From: a virus
Lineage: Duplodnaviria; Caudoviricetes
DNA length: 38,745 nucleotides
IMG/VR virus record: IMGVR_UViG_3300011338_000448
Coordinates: 1 to 38,745 of that record
Reading direction: 5' to 3' (one strand)
The notes under the pieces were generated by a model. It did no database searches. It saw only the letters and a program-made list of their open reading frames with translations, and was not told where the DNA came from. This document shows positions 1-8,826 of the stretch, one piece after another; position 1 is the first letter of the stretch, and each line of letters begins with the position of its first letter. A program made the position numbers and the translations under genes.

Positions 1-12
1 AGTATGATTACC
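1..12. repeat. 12-nt terminal direct repeat AGTATGATTACC (copy 1), probable cos cohesive end
   Basis: Identical to 38734-38745; the genome encodes a lambda gpA-type terminase. Confidence 0.8.
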
Positions 13-79
13 CGCATTGAATTCAATAGGTTAGAAGTCTCCTACTTTTTTTGCGAATAGGAAATTTTTGCCTAGCAGT

Positions 80-610
80 TTAGAGCGACGCATACAGGTC
101 CGCTATCGGTTTGAGCGCTGCCTTGACGCTGTCTCTCTCATCGAGCCGCCATTGCTGAATCGGTTTGGATGAAATGAGATTCCCTAATCCGCGCTGCAGT
201 TTCCCTGCATACGAGAGCCAGTGGGTCGCGGACCCAGGCGTGCGCTCCGGGTCGTTTTCGATGCGATTCGATGAACCTGGCGGCGGGAGAATCCCGACGA
301 ACTGCGCCCCGACCTTAGCGATGTCGGCAGGCCACAAATCCAGCTCAAGTTGTTCGCGATTGCGTGCTAGGAATATAGCCTTATCAGCTGCATCTATCGG
401 GATACCGAGGCTGGCAACCCATTCATTCCTCGACCCTCGCACATGCTCGCGGCCGATGATTAGCATCTGCCCGCAATCTGCCATAGCGAGCACGGCGTCG
501 CGGGCCGCATCCTTGGCCGTAGCGGCTAGGTGTTGTGCCAGCGCGTATTTGTCTCTTGCGTGTTGCTCGACAGCCTCAAGCGTCAGTGTTTGATGTTCTA
601 CGATTTCCAT
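80..610 (-). CDS. hypothetical protein (weakly DUF3102-like helical N-terminus); likely start MEIVEHQ at 610
   Basis: ORF 80..643, co-oriented with all other genes; family resemblance is weak. Confidence 0.55.
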   Translation of the reverse strand: MEIVEHQTLTLEAVEQHARDKYALAQHLAATAKDAARDAVLAMADCGQMLIIGREHVRGSRNEWVASLGIPIDAADKAIFLARNREQLELDLWPADIAKVGAQFVGILPPPGSSNRIENDPERTPGSATHWLSYAGKLQRGLGNLISSKPIQQWRLDERDSVKAALKPIADLYASL

Positions 611-1025
611 TTGTTTTTTTATATATTTCTTTGGCTTCCTCACTCTTCAGCGCCGGCGACGGTGGAAGCCCCGTCTCGGCTAAGAAATCGCACGCAACTT
701 TAGAGATTGCCGCTTTGGTGCAGCCTAAATATCGAGCCGCTTCCAGCATCGACATCCCCGCCGTCAAAGGATGGCCTAGCGCATAGGCGACGCCCCACAG
801 GGTCTTTGATTTACTGTAACCGTGGTCAGAAAAAAATGTGATGAATCGATTCAGCGTGCCCATCAATCGCACCGATGCCTCGCGATAGCACGCCATCGTC
901 GGATCGTTTGGGAATAGCCGTTGTCCTAGCGTAGCATCTGGCTCGCCGTCACACAACCCGGCAAAATCGACTTCATAACTGGCCTCGTCGTAATCAGCGG
1001 CGTCTCGGGGTTCGTGTAGGCTCAT
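576..1025 (-). CDS. HTH DNA-binding protein (sigma region-4-like), possible transcription regulator
   Basis: MSMLEAARYLGCTKAAISKV helix-turn-helix pattern. Confidence 0.6.
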   Translation of the reverse strand: MSLHEPRDAADYDEASYEVDFAGLCDGEPDATLGQRLFPNDPTMACYREASVRLMGTLNRFITFFSDHGYSKSKTLWGVAYALGHPLTAGMSMLEAARYLGCTKAAISKVACDFLAETGLPPSPALKSEEAKEIYKKTNGNRRTSNTDA

Positions 1026-1072
1026 ATAATTTAATTTCCATAGTGTACTGAAAATTATCAGTCAAGTTTTTT

Positions 1073-1276
1073 TTATTCGGCGAGCTTCTCATTTATTTTT
1101 TCGAGCCAGCTTCGCGTGTCTCTTTTCACGATCTTCCTCGCTGGAGCGATAGTCCCATCAATGAGCGACTCCGTGGTGCTCCATCGGATATGACATTTGA
1201 GGCACTCTCGACGCCTAACAGATTGTCTGGAATTTACCACTCGGCTATTAGGGCTCTGGCAGGCTGGGCAATTCAT
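1073..1276 (-). CDS. NrdR-like zinc-ribbon protein
   Basis: MNCPACQSPNSRVVNSR...RRRECLKCHIRWSTTE; ATG overlaps the dnaB stop. Confidence 0.75.
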   Translation of the reverse strand: MNCPACQSPNSRVVNSRQSVRRRECLKCHIRWSTTESLIDGTIAPARKIVKRDTRSWLEKINEKLAE

Positions 1277-2550
1277 TCTGTTTTCCTCTCTGCAAATCGG
1301 GACAATGCGCCTTCCATTAAAATCGGGATACAAATCCCTCGTTCTCCGTCGCGGACTTTATCCATCATAATCATATCGCCGTCTTCTGTTTTTTTAATGA
1401 CCCAAACGTGGTCGGAGTGCATCCCGATTGCCCTAGATTCGCGGAGTTTCCCCTCATCATTTAATTGGCTGGCCGTCGCGATCCCGATATTTAATTGCAA
1501 TGCGATTTGTTTTAAGCGCCTAGCGATTTCGCTGACATGTTGCTCTCGTGTTTCATTTTTCCCGAGCTCGCGTAGGTGCAAGAGCTGGACATAGTCAACG
1601 ATAACGAGATCGCAATTTCCCTTTGCAGTAAATTCTCTGACAGTAGATTCAACTCCATCCATATCACGCACCGACGGCTCAATGTGGAGGCTGAGTTTTT
1701 TAAAATCCACAATCCCCCGAGTTATCGCAGCCATGTCGCCGTTCCTCAATCCCTCGCTGACTCCCTTAACTGGGCGATTGATATAATTTGAGAGCATCCG
1801 GCGCAGTATTTTTTTCGGAGGCATTTCTAGGGAGAAAATCACGACCTTTTTTCCTTCGAGCGCCGCTTTTAATGCTATTTGCAAGAGCAGGATGCTCTTC
1901 CCCCCAGATGTTGGAGCGGCAATCGTTAGCAGGTCACCTCTCCCGAATCCTGCATCCAAATTATCAATCGCGCCAATGCCGGTCCCGTATCTCTCCGGCC
2001 GCTCGCTTTGCTCTAGGTCAATTATGAGAGAATCGATTTGATCAGATATCGTTTCTCGTTTGCGCGCTGCCACAGCCCCAATTTCTGCTAGTTTTGCCGA
2101 GACCTCCATGGGACTACCACTCCTCTGCAAAAACGATTCTGCGGCCTTCCTGGCGACATTGTGGGCCTCCCTGTATGTCAATGTTTCGGCCAGCGCATTA
2201 AAATGGAACCTAGCAACCTCGGGGTCTCCAACTGGCATTGCTGATGCAATGTCGATTAACTCGTGGGGGCCTCCTACCTGTTCCAACTCGCCCGATCTCT
2301 CGAGCTCTGATTGTACTGCGAAAAAATCAGTTACGGCCCCGGCTGATTTGCACCGGCGAATAGCGGAAAAGATCCTTTTGTTTTTTTCCTGGAAAAACAT
2401 CTCCTCTCGCCACGGCATAGCGTCAAGGATTGCAAAATTAGAAATAATGCACGATAGCGCCGCCTTTTCGCTGGTGTCGGCGATTGGTATAGCCGCCTTG
2501 AATGCCACGATGTTTTCGCTGTTTGGTTTTGCAGAAATATGTGTTGGCAT
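1273..2550 (-). CDS. dnaB: replicative DNA helicase, DnaB family
   Basis: Walker A AAPTSGGKS, FSLEMP, IVDYVQL, ASQLN, LRESRAI motifs; N-terminal DnaB domain. Confidence 0.93.
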   Translation of the reverse strand: MPTHISAKPNSENIVAFKAAIPIADTSEKAALSCIISNFAILDAMPWREEMFFQEKNKRIFSAIRRCKSAGAVTDFFAVQSELERSGELEQVGGPHELIDIASAMPVGDPEVARFHFNALAETLTYREAHNVARKAAESFLQRSGSPMEVSAKLAEIGAVAARKRETISDQIDSLIIDLEQSERPERYGTGIGAIDNLDAGFGRGDLLTIAAPTSGGKSILLLQIALKAALEGKKVVIFSLEMPPKKILRRMLSNYINRPVKGVSEGLRNGDMAAITRGIVDFKKLSLHIEPSVRDMDGVESTVREFTAKGNCDLVIVDYVQLLHLRELGKNETREQHVSEIARRLKQIALQLNIGIATASQLNDEGKLRESRAIGMHSDHVWVIKKTEDGDMIMMDKVRDGERGICIPILMEGALSRFAERKTE

Positions 2551-2551
2551 T

Positions 2552-3007
2552 TTAGCAGGAGGTTGGGAATTGTTGCAGCGCTCTTGCGCTGCCTACTATC
2601 TTCTCTTCTCTAGTCCCTTTTTTGTCCCGATCAAATCGGGACAATTTCGGGACATTATCGGGACATCTTCTCTTTGACTTGTTAGCGGAGTTAAGTGCCC
2701 TCTCCTTAGCGCTTTGGCTTATGTGGCGGTCAAAATTAACGAATGTTATTTCGGTGTCTTTTACCTTCAACCACCCTGATTCCACCATACTTTCAGCGAA
2801 CCTTTCATGACCACCTAAAACGTTTAAATGTGCGAATGCTGCAATATGTGTCCTGCCGCCAGCGGGACAATTTCGGGACGCCCAGGCCCATATTTTTATG
2901 AGCCTCCCGACAACCAAATCGGGGTCCATTTTGCAAGCGGATGCTATTTGAAACACCTCCGGCTTCTCCGCTAAATGATGCTCAACCTTTAACCATTCAC
3001 CAGCCAT
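2552..3007 (-). CDS. phage replication initiator / replisome organiser (start MAGEWLKV)
   Basis: MAGEWLK...KPEV..IA...VVGRLIKIWAW N-terminus typical of phage initiators; directly upstream of dnaB; contains iteron-like repeats. Confidence 0.7.
   Translation of the reverse strand: MAGEWLKVEHHLAEKPEVFQIASACKMDPDLVVGRLIKIWAWASRNCPAGGRTHIAAFAHLNVLGGHERFAESMVESGWLKVKDTEITFVNFDRHISQSAKERALNSANKSKRRCPDNVPKLSRFDRDKKGTREEKIVGSARALQQFPTSC
2612..2665. repeat. iteron-like array TCGGGACA (putative replication origin)
   Basis: TCGGGACA at 2636, 2647 and 2658 (11-nt period); inverted copy TGTCCCGA at 2623-2630; 17-nt copy CGGGACAATTTCGGGAC again at 2863-2879. Confidence 0.7.
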
Positions 3008-3314
3008 TTGAGCCCCCTTTCTGTTCTCCAAACCCGCTGATCTCTGCCGCGCATTGGGCATACCCAGCAATATCAATATATGTGTCCTTCGTAGGGGTAT
3101 TGCAGGACCTCGCGATTTTGAGCAAAATCATCATATTAGCAACATCTAATGCCGTGATTGGCTCGCCGAGATCCTTGTCGCGGCCTGAAATATAGGCATT
3201 CCATAAAATGGATATCCGCTCGTGGTTTTCCTTAGGGGATCCGTAATCCCTCCTGCGATCTCCTGTTACTGCCTCTGCGGCCAGTTCTAGTATAGTTTTA
3301 TGCATTTGTTCCAT
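2997..3314 (-). CDS. DUF6378-like protein (possible nucleotide hydrolase-related fold)
   Basis: GDRRRDYGSP.ENHERI..LW...DVANMMILLKIAR...DTYIDIAGYA signature. Confidence 0.75.
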   Translation of the reverse strand: MEQMHKTILELAAEAVTGDRRRDYGSPKENHERISILWNAYISGRDKDLGEPITALDVANMMILLKIARSCNTPTKDTYIDIAGYAQCAAEISGFGEQKGGSNGW

Positions 3315-3628
3315 CGGTTTAATGTTTCTTCGTCAATTTCCGGCAATAACGCGTCTGCATATTGCCATAGTTCACTAAACGCCTGCCGCGCCTCGTCGCG
3401 CTCTTGTATCAGTTGGGCAATTCGAGATGCTCTATCGCCTAAATCTGGTCGCTCCATCAACATCGCTTTAAGTGCTACCTGATTGTCGTGGTTGGCTTTC
3501 CACATAGCGGCCTGCTTCCGCGCCTCGTCGCGCTCACGCTCCAATTTGCGACTGATTTCCTTTACCTCGTTTAGCCCGTTTCCGCTTTCTACTGCCCATG
3601 CCGCATCTGTTTCTGGTGTGTCACTCAT
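3287..3628 (-). CDS. hypothetical coiled-coil protein (TPETD...KLERERDEAR type)
   Basis: Start MSDTPETD at 3628, overlapping the upstream stop; preceded by GGAGG. Confidence 0.65.
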   Translation of the reverse strand: MSDTPETDAAWAVESGNGLNEVKEISRKLERERDEARKQAAMWKANHDNQVALKAMLMERPDLGDRASRIAQLIQERDEARQAFSELWQYADALLPEIDEETLNRWNKCIKLY

Positions 3629-3909
3629 TTTGTTTCCTCCCATTTTCCGAGTGTTTTCAAAAACGCCTCTGCGCGTTGTGATGCGGTGGCTGTTACGCAC
3701 CCGTAAACTTCGCTCGTGTTGTTTTCGCCGCAAAATCCGAGCCATCCGAGATACGCACTCCACTGTGACTCGCCCCTAGCTGGTTGGTTGGCCGGCGAGA
3801 GAACCTTCTCCGCCTCATGCATCGCGTTGAGGTCGTTGCAGTAGTTTGGAAGATCGCCAGTCAGGATACACGCCTCTGCAATTGCAATGTTGATCTCGTT
3901 GTCAGTCAT
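3625..3909 (-). CDS. hypothetical protein (PNYCNDLNAMHEAE motif)
   Basis: 94-aa ORF with ATGA overlaps on both sides. Confidence 0.65.
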   Translation of the reverse strand: MTDNEINIAIAEACILTGDLPNYCNDLNAMHEAEKVLSPANQPARGESQWSAYLGWLGFCGENNTSEVYGCVTATASQRAEAFLKTLGKWEETK

Positions 3910-4262
3910 TTTGTTTCCTCCTCAGATATAAGTTTTTCCAAGTCATTGATTGCCCAGCGAGTTCCTATGGATTCGCCCTCGTATCTTCGGCTTGCGTATT
4001 TGTCTCCGGTTTCCCACTCCGTCCTTACTGCGTTACGATATTTTTTCTCACGGCTTTTCCATAGACGAATCAGCAGAACAAGTGCATCCACCGAAACGCC
4101 ATCCCGTATAGAATCCTCTCTGCATTTTTTCAACTCCTCCCGTGCCTTGTCTCGCTCACGCTCTAACTTGCGAGCAAATGAATTCATCTCCGCTTCGGCA
4201 TTCGCTCCGCTATCGATTGATTTGCGTAACGCATCCGTCTCTGGTGTCGGTCGTGTGTTCAT
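3906..4262 (-). CDS. hypothetical coiled-coil protein, N-terminus paralogous to 3287..3628
   Basis: TPETD...ARKLERERDKAR; ATGA coupling. Confidence 0.65.
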   Translation of the reverse strand: MNTRPTPETDALRKSIDSGANAEAEMNSFARKLERERDKAREELKKCREDSIRDGVSVDALVLLIRLWKSREKKYRNAVRTEWETGDKYASRRYEGESIGTRWAINDLEKLISEEETK

Positions 4263-4453
4263 TGTCTTTTAAACCAATTTGGGAAATGACCGAAGTCTCT
4301 TGGTTCAGTCACATTGTTGTTTTCTCCGCACACATCACATTTCCCGTAGTGCCATGTGCAGATTTTTTTGATTAGCTCTCCGTGTTTAATCCCGCAATTA
4401 GAACAAGTCCAATCGGGGTAGGCGTTTTTATTTTTTAATTTTTTTGGCTTCAT
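4259..4453 (-). CDS. small zinc-finger protein
   Basis: CSNC...CDVC; coupled to its neighbour. Confidence 0.55.
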   Translation of the reverse strand: MKPKKLKNKNAYPDWTCSNCGIKHGELIKKICTWHYGKCDVCGENNNVTEPRDFGHFPNWFKRQ

Positions 4454-4622
4454 AATCTCGAATATATTTTGAGACGGAATCCATGTGAACCTGTGCTAAC
4501 GCCCTCCCATCTATCGTGTCATCATAGGTTAGGTGATAAACAGGAAATGGCGTCCCTCGAGTCAAACGAGGCCCAATAGGGCACCCATTACAACAAATTG
4601 TCAATCTAATACTGAAATCCAT
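4428..4622 (-). CDS. hypothetical protein
   Basis: 64-aa ORF filling the gap in a co-oriented operon. Confidence 0.5.
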   Translation of the reverse strand: MDFSIRLTICCNGCPIGPRLTRGTPFPVYHLTYDDTIDGRALAQVHMDSVSKYIRDYEAKKIKK

Positions 4623-4662
4623 TTTTAAATGCGCGTAATAGCCATGCGCGCCCCGGCGTTTA

Positions 4663-5148
4663 TTAAAACGGGATCTCGTCGTTGTCTTGAATTTTTGCTT
4701 TTTGCGGGTGCTGCTTCACTCTCGGTTGAGGATCCGATTGTCTTTTTATCCAATCGGTGCGCTCCTCGCCAAAAATCCACCGTTCAATAGTGTTGAATTT
4801 CTGGTCAGGATTTGTCTGCCCTGGCTCCTCCCCGATTAGAGCCACGCCCACAACCCCAATGAGATCGTCAGCCTCGATATTAACCTCCTCGCCTGGGACT
4901 ACGGCTTGGCCGATGCTGGCAAGAAACTGATCGATCTTCCAGGAGGCTCTTGCGGTGAATACTAGATGATCGTGAATTTCAGGGCCGACGCCGCCGCTCG
5001 GTAAAACGACCTTGCAGATGAGCTTGATCATCTCATTGCCGTTCTGGCTTTGCTTTTCTATGGCGTTCTTGACTTCAATTTGATAGATTCCGGGCTCAAC
5101 GAAGAATGCTCCGTTGCTCTTTGGTTCTTCTTGTTTATAACTAGGCAT
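4663..5148 (-). CDS. single-stranded DNA-binding protein (DUF669-like)
   Basis: PGIYQIEV...SQNGNEMIKL; acidic C-terminal DNDEIPF tail; follows the Sak4/Cas4-like genes. Confidence 0.75.
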   Translation of the reverse strand: MPSYKQEEPKSNGAFFVEPGIYQIEVKNAIEKQSQNGNEMIKLICKVVLPSGGVGPEIHDHLVFTARASWKIDQFLASIGQAVVPGEEVNIEADDLIGVVGVALIGEEPGQTNPDQKFNTIERWIFGEERTDWIKRQSDPQPRVKQHPQKAKIQDNDEIPF

Positions 5149-5149
5149 T

Positions 5150-6169
5150 TTAGTTTTCTTTCTTTTTCGATTTTACTTGGCGCATTTGCGGTGTGCCTGG
5201 CGCGCTCTTGACCAGATTCTCGGGGCTCTCAATGCCGAGCTCGATTGCGAGTTCGACAAAATTATCAGGCGACATTTTTCCGCCTCCAGCGAGGAATGCT
5301 CGCTCGGGCCTCAGCTTGGCGGCAACTGCGATAGCGTCCGCGGATTCAATATAGCGGCGGGGAGAGGGGCTTGTTAGCTTCCAGCCAGGAACATCTTCAC
5401 CGCTCATCAATCGCTCTTTAAGAGCATCCGTTAATGGCTCGCCAAACTCCTTTGCAAACCATTTAAACCGCGAAACGAAATCCGAATGTTGCTCAGGAGA
5501 CGCGAGCAATCTCTCGCGGATAATTTTTAGCGTGTCGCCGTTAGTGGCTGAGAGATCGGCTAGCGCGTGCTTGGATTGTCGAACTAGCGCCACACACCTA
5601 TCCTTATTCGCGCACCAGTCACAGTACTGGCAAGGCGTTGGTTGCGCTAGCGGCGAGGTGGCTGAACTGATAACCTCCTGCACGATGCGTTCAGCTTGTT
5701 CGCGGGTGAATTCGTAGGAGCGAATTACGCGCTGATCCACATAAACGACATGAGCCGTCCACATGCTCTCCCAATACGTATCCATACAAGCGAGAGCGTA
5801 GGCTGCCATTTGCTCGCGATAGTTGCGAATTTGACCTGTCTTAATGTCAGCAACCCATTTTTTGTCGACACATATTGCATCAGCGGTACCGGACCGAGAG
5901 AGGCCAGGGATGTCCATTTGAAGGTATTCTTCTCGGGTCTCCACGTAATGAGTGTCTGCCAATCGCTGCAATTCAAGGATCCCCCATGCGGCAATCGGAC
6001 GATCTTTAACGCTGAGATTCAAAATCGAATCCTGCTCTCCGTAAAATTCAGCACGAATAACCTTGTCGATATCAGTCCCCCTTGCGGCCGCCTCGCTGTA
6101 TCCGCTGGCTCCTACAAATACTGGACATTCCGCGAGCTTTGGGAGTGATGATGCTCGGATCTCGCTCAT
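5150..6169 (-). CDS. PD-(D/E)xK Cas4-like exonuclease (start MSEIRASSL)
   Basis: RASSL...C, GTADA...ADIKTG, Q.AAY, PCQYCDWC..C Fe-S cysteines. Confidence 0.8.
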   Translation of the reverse strand: MSEIRASSLPKLAECPVFVGASGYSEAAARGTDIDKVIRAEFYGEQDSILNLSVKDRPIAAWGILELQRLADTHYVETREEYLQMDIPGLSRSGTADAICVDKKWVADIKTGQIRNYREQMAAYALACMDTYWESMWTAHVVYVDQRVIRSYEFTREQAERIVQEVISSATSPLAQPTPCQYCDWCANKDRCVALVRQSKHALADLSATNGDTLKIIRERLLASPEQHSDFVSRFKWFAKEFGEPLTDALKERLMSGEDVPGWKLTSPSPRRYIESADAIAVAAKLRPERAFLAGGGKMSPDNFVELAIELGIESPENLVKSAPGTPQMRQVKSKKKEN

Positions 6170-7074
6170 ACTCCCCCCTTCCAATCGAGAACCTTCGCCA
6201 AGAACGCCGCAGGATCGGCCTCGACCCGTGCTAACGCCTTGCTTCCGACATCGCGCCATGTCTGGCCTATGGCGATCATTCCCTTTGATTGCAGGAAGGC
6301 ATTCACATCCTCGCCGTGGCGTTCGATCTCAATCTGCCACGAGGGCGCCTTCCTCTCGGCAATCGGCCCAATCGCCGCGAATAGATGCGCGACCGAGTCC
6401 CATTCGAGCGGGAGTTCCTCCGCAAGTCCGCTGCGCGTCTTGGCGTCGTAGGCTGCGCTATGAGTGGTCAGAATGATTCGCTGCTTGCCGCCGGTGCCTT
6501 TGGCCTTGCCGTTCTCGCTCTCGATAACCTTGGTCTTAAACCGGAAAAACCACAATTCATCCGCCCATTCCTTCACAAGCGGCGAGCTCTGCTTGCTCAT
6601 CTTCAGCTCGTAACGGTCATAGGCCGTCATCAAGTCCGGCGGCTCCACGCGCTGGACCTTGCTGTGTGCGAGTAGCACGACATGTTTGCCATTTGCGATC
6701 AGCGAATCCAAGGCCGTCAGCATCCGGCTCATGCGCTCGGCGACTTGCACCCATCCCTTGCCGTAGCCGAAGTCTTCGATGCTCGTTTTTTTCGTTGTCG
6801 CCAGCAGGTCTTCCACGCATAGGCGTTCCGCCCAATCTGCCGAGTCGATGATAATGGTCTGGTAGTCGGTATTTGAGACCTCCTTCAAAGCTACGTTGAG
6901 TTCCGTCCAGCTGTTGATCTCGACGCGATCGGTATCCAGGTGTGCCGTTCCACCCTCAATGTCGAGAAATAATGGACTCGGAAACTGCGCGGCAAATGTT
7001 GTTTTCCCAACGCTCTCGACTCCGTAAATGACCACTCGTTGTGATCGCGTCTGTTTTCCTTTTGTTATTTTCAT
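6166..7074 (-). CDS. Sak4-like AAA ATPase, ssDNA annealing protein
   Basis: IYGVESVGKTTFA, LDIEGG, TIIIDSADWAE, GYGKG, AKTR motifs. Confidence 0.85.
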   Translation of the reverse strand: MKITKGKQTRSQRVVIYGVESVGKTTFAAQFPSPLFLDIEGGTAHLDTDRVEINSWTELNVALKEVSNTDYQTIIIDSADWAERLCVEDLLATTKKTSIEDFGYGKGWVQVAERMSRMLTALDSLIANGKHVVLLAHSKVQRVEPPDLMTAYDRYELKMSKQSSPLVKEWADELWFFRFKTKVIESENGKAKGTGGKQRIILTTHSAAYDAKTRSGLAEELPLEWDSVAHLFAAIGPIAERKAPSWQIEIERHGEDVNAFLQSKGMIAIGQTWRDVGSKALARVEADPAAFLAKVLDWKGGV

Positions 7075-7101
7075 TTTCTATTTTCCTTTGTTGTTTGTTG
7101 T

Positions 7102-7416
7102 TTATTGATATGCTGTTTCTGCATTAGCTCCGTGCCCATAGATTTTAGATCGCATTTTTGGAAGAGGAGGTTGCCATCCAGTCTCTTGATCTGGGAAGTT
7201 TGTTGATGATTCTGCACTATATTGCTTTGCCAATTTCGATAAATATTCAATCTCCATTCTCTCAAGTTTTCTGATGTCTTGAATTTTACTCTTTAGGGAA
7301 TCAATTTCTTGTTTTAAAGAGTCAATCTTTTGCTTAAGAGCTTCCCTTTGCCCTGCATATAATTTCAATCCATCTTTAGTTTGTTTTATTATTTCAATTA
7401 GTTTTTTGCCTTTCAT
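7102..7416 (-). CDS. hypothetical coiled-coil protein
   Basis: Heptad repeats (KIDSLKQEIDSLK); AT-rich. Confidence 0.55.
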   Translation of the reverse strand: MKGKKLIEIIKQTKDGLKLYAGQREALKQKIDSLKQEIDSLKSKIQDIRKLERMEIEYLSKLAKQYSAESSTNFPDQETGWQPPLPKMRSKIYGHGANAETAYQ

Positions 7417-7428
7417 ATTTCTGTTTTC

Positions 7429-7878
7429 TTATTTGTTGTTGTTGTTTTGTGCTGCATATACGGCCACAGCAAGCGCCGCCCAAGCATGCGACTTAATTCC
7501 GTAAGTCGGCCCTGGGGTCTTCTTCGTTCCCTGCGGCCCGATGAGATCGAGCAATGCCTGACGCACGTTGGCATCCTTCGCTCGCATCGTTCCGCAGAGA
7601 AAAAGTTTAATGTCTTTACGAAAGATAAGTTCCACGTCCACCCGTGCAACCTCGATGAAGCGACCGATCCAGACACACGTTTCAAATGTGCTTGCGCCTA
7701 CCGCCATTCCGTAAGATGCGATCATCTCGCAAGCCACGCGGTCGTATTCGCGACCGATAAGCACCTGCCTGATCTCGGCATTAGGAAGGTGCCCATGATC
7801 AAGAATCTCGCCAGCGCGCCATTGAACAAACGCACTATCCGTTGTTCCAGGATCAATAGCGAGGATTGTATCAGTCAT
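7429..7878 (-). CDS. RuvC-like Holliday junction resolvase
   Basis: ILAIDPG, ACE, AKDANVRQ, HAWAALAVA; RNase H-fold pattern. Confidence 0.75.
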   Translation of the reverse strand: MTDTILAIDPGTTDSAFVQWRAGEILDHGHLPNAEIRQVLIGREYDRVACEMIASYGMAVGASTFETCVWIGRFIEVARVDVELIFRKDIKLFLCGTMRAKDANVRQALLDLIGPQGTKKTPGPTYGIKSHAWAALAVAVYAAQNNNNK

Positions 7879-7887
7879 TTTTCCAGT

Positions 7888-8112
7888 TTATTTAAATGCG
7901 TTCTTCTTAATTGAATCAGATGGGAGGTTTAGGGCCTCGCAAATGTGCTGATACCATTTCCCTCGGAAAAATCTGATTGCGCAATCGCGGTTTCGTTCCT
8001 GCTCCTCCTGGCACGCCTTCGTTTGAAATTTTTTAACGCACGAAGCATCAGCGTGAGCTTGGCGGATAATTGCACAGGCAACCTCCCTTGCAAAATCAGT
8101 TGTGATATTCAT
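7888..8112 (-). CDS. hypothetical protein
   Basis: AIIRQAHAD...AIRFF....YQHICEALNL pattern common in phages. Confidence 0.6.
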   Translation of the reverse strand: MNITTDFAREVACAIIRQAHADASCVKKFQTKACQEEQERNRDCAIRFFRGKWYQHICEALNLPSDSIKKNAFK

Positions 8113-8252
8113 TGTTTATTTTGGCGATTAAACCACCAGCGACGGATTTTATCTGCCTCGGTCCGAGCCTGCTGATGGCCGTATATGTATCCGGCTATAA
8201 ACATAGCAACGCCGCTTACTGAATAAGTGATGATAAATTCGAGTTGTGTCAT
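8109..8252 (-). CDS. small membrane protein, 47 aa (not in ORF track)
   Basis: Manual translation MTQLEFIITYSVSGVAMFIAGYIYGHQQARTEADKIRRWWFNRQNKQ; ATGA overlaps at both ends. Confidence 0.6.
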   Translation of the reverse strand: MTQLEFIITYSVSGVAMFIAGYIYGHQQARTEADKIRRWWFNRQNKQ

Positions 8253-8392
8253 TTTTTTACAAGTTGAATAAGGTGCGGGAGTGTCCCGTGAGTGTTGTGA
8301 AATTTGCCAGCTGCCTCATCTCGGCTGCTAGCCCAAATGTAATCGGAAAACATCCCGATTGGTCCTGTCGCGCTGCATAGGTATAGATTCAT
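8249..8392 (-). CDS. small hypothetical protein, 47 aa (not in ORF track)
   Basis: Manual translation MNLYLCSATGPIGMFSDYIWASSRDEAAGKFHNTHGTLPHLIQLVKK; first gene after the putative promoter. Confidence 0.55.
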   Translation of the reverse strand: MNLYLCSATGPIGMFSDYIWASSRDEAAGKFHNTHGTLPHLIQLVKK

Positions 8393-8446
8393 TTATTTTT
8401 TTTAATTTATTTAAACCGCTCACGGTTTCCCGCTCGCTTGGTGGCA

Positions 8447-8474
8447 AAATTAAATCAGCGAGGGAAGATGTAAA
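8447..8474 (-). promoter_or_regulatory. putative sigma70-like early promoter
   Basis: TTTACA-N16-TAATTT with upstream A/T tracts, at the head of the recombination/replication operon. Confidence 0.45.
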
Positions 8475-8553
8475 TGTTTTTTTTGAAAAAAATCTGCGAA
8501 TAAAGATTTTTTTTTCTTTACTTCGGATTAGCCGCTGCGGGGCCGCATGAATA

Positions 8554-8826
8554 CTAGATAAGCGGGCGATATACTACCATCGGCCGAATCTTTTCAGCAT
8601 AATGACAACGTATTTTTTTCGACTCCATGCGATTTGTTGCAACCAATCTCTTTAATGCACATGCTGCCCCGGAATGCCCTAATCCGGTTCTCGCTGAAAA
8701 CGATTGAGACGTCATCCACCCTTCATTTTCTAAGGCCGCTAAATCATCAATGGCGGTCTCGTCAAATACCTTCTGCCGAGCATCCGCTATGGCAATATCC
8801 AGGGGTTTCCGTTTATTCGCTCGCAT
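8554..8826 (-). CDS. small winged-HTH-like protein
   Basis: WMTSQSFSARTGLGHSGAACALKRLV pattern. Confidence 0.45.
   Translation of the reverse strand: MRANKRKPLDIAIADARQKVFDETAIDDLAALENEGWMTSQSFSARTGLGHSGAACALKRLVATNRMESKKIRCHYAEKIRPMVVYRPLI

Noticed and set aside
1073-1276. True nrdR repressor
   Set aside because: Only the zinc ribbon is present; no ATP-cone domain
5150-6169. Cas4-like nuclease as evidence of CRISPR-Cas
   Set aside because: No repeat-spacer array or other cas genes; it lies in the usual Sak4/SSB recombination module
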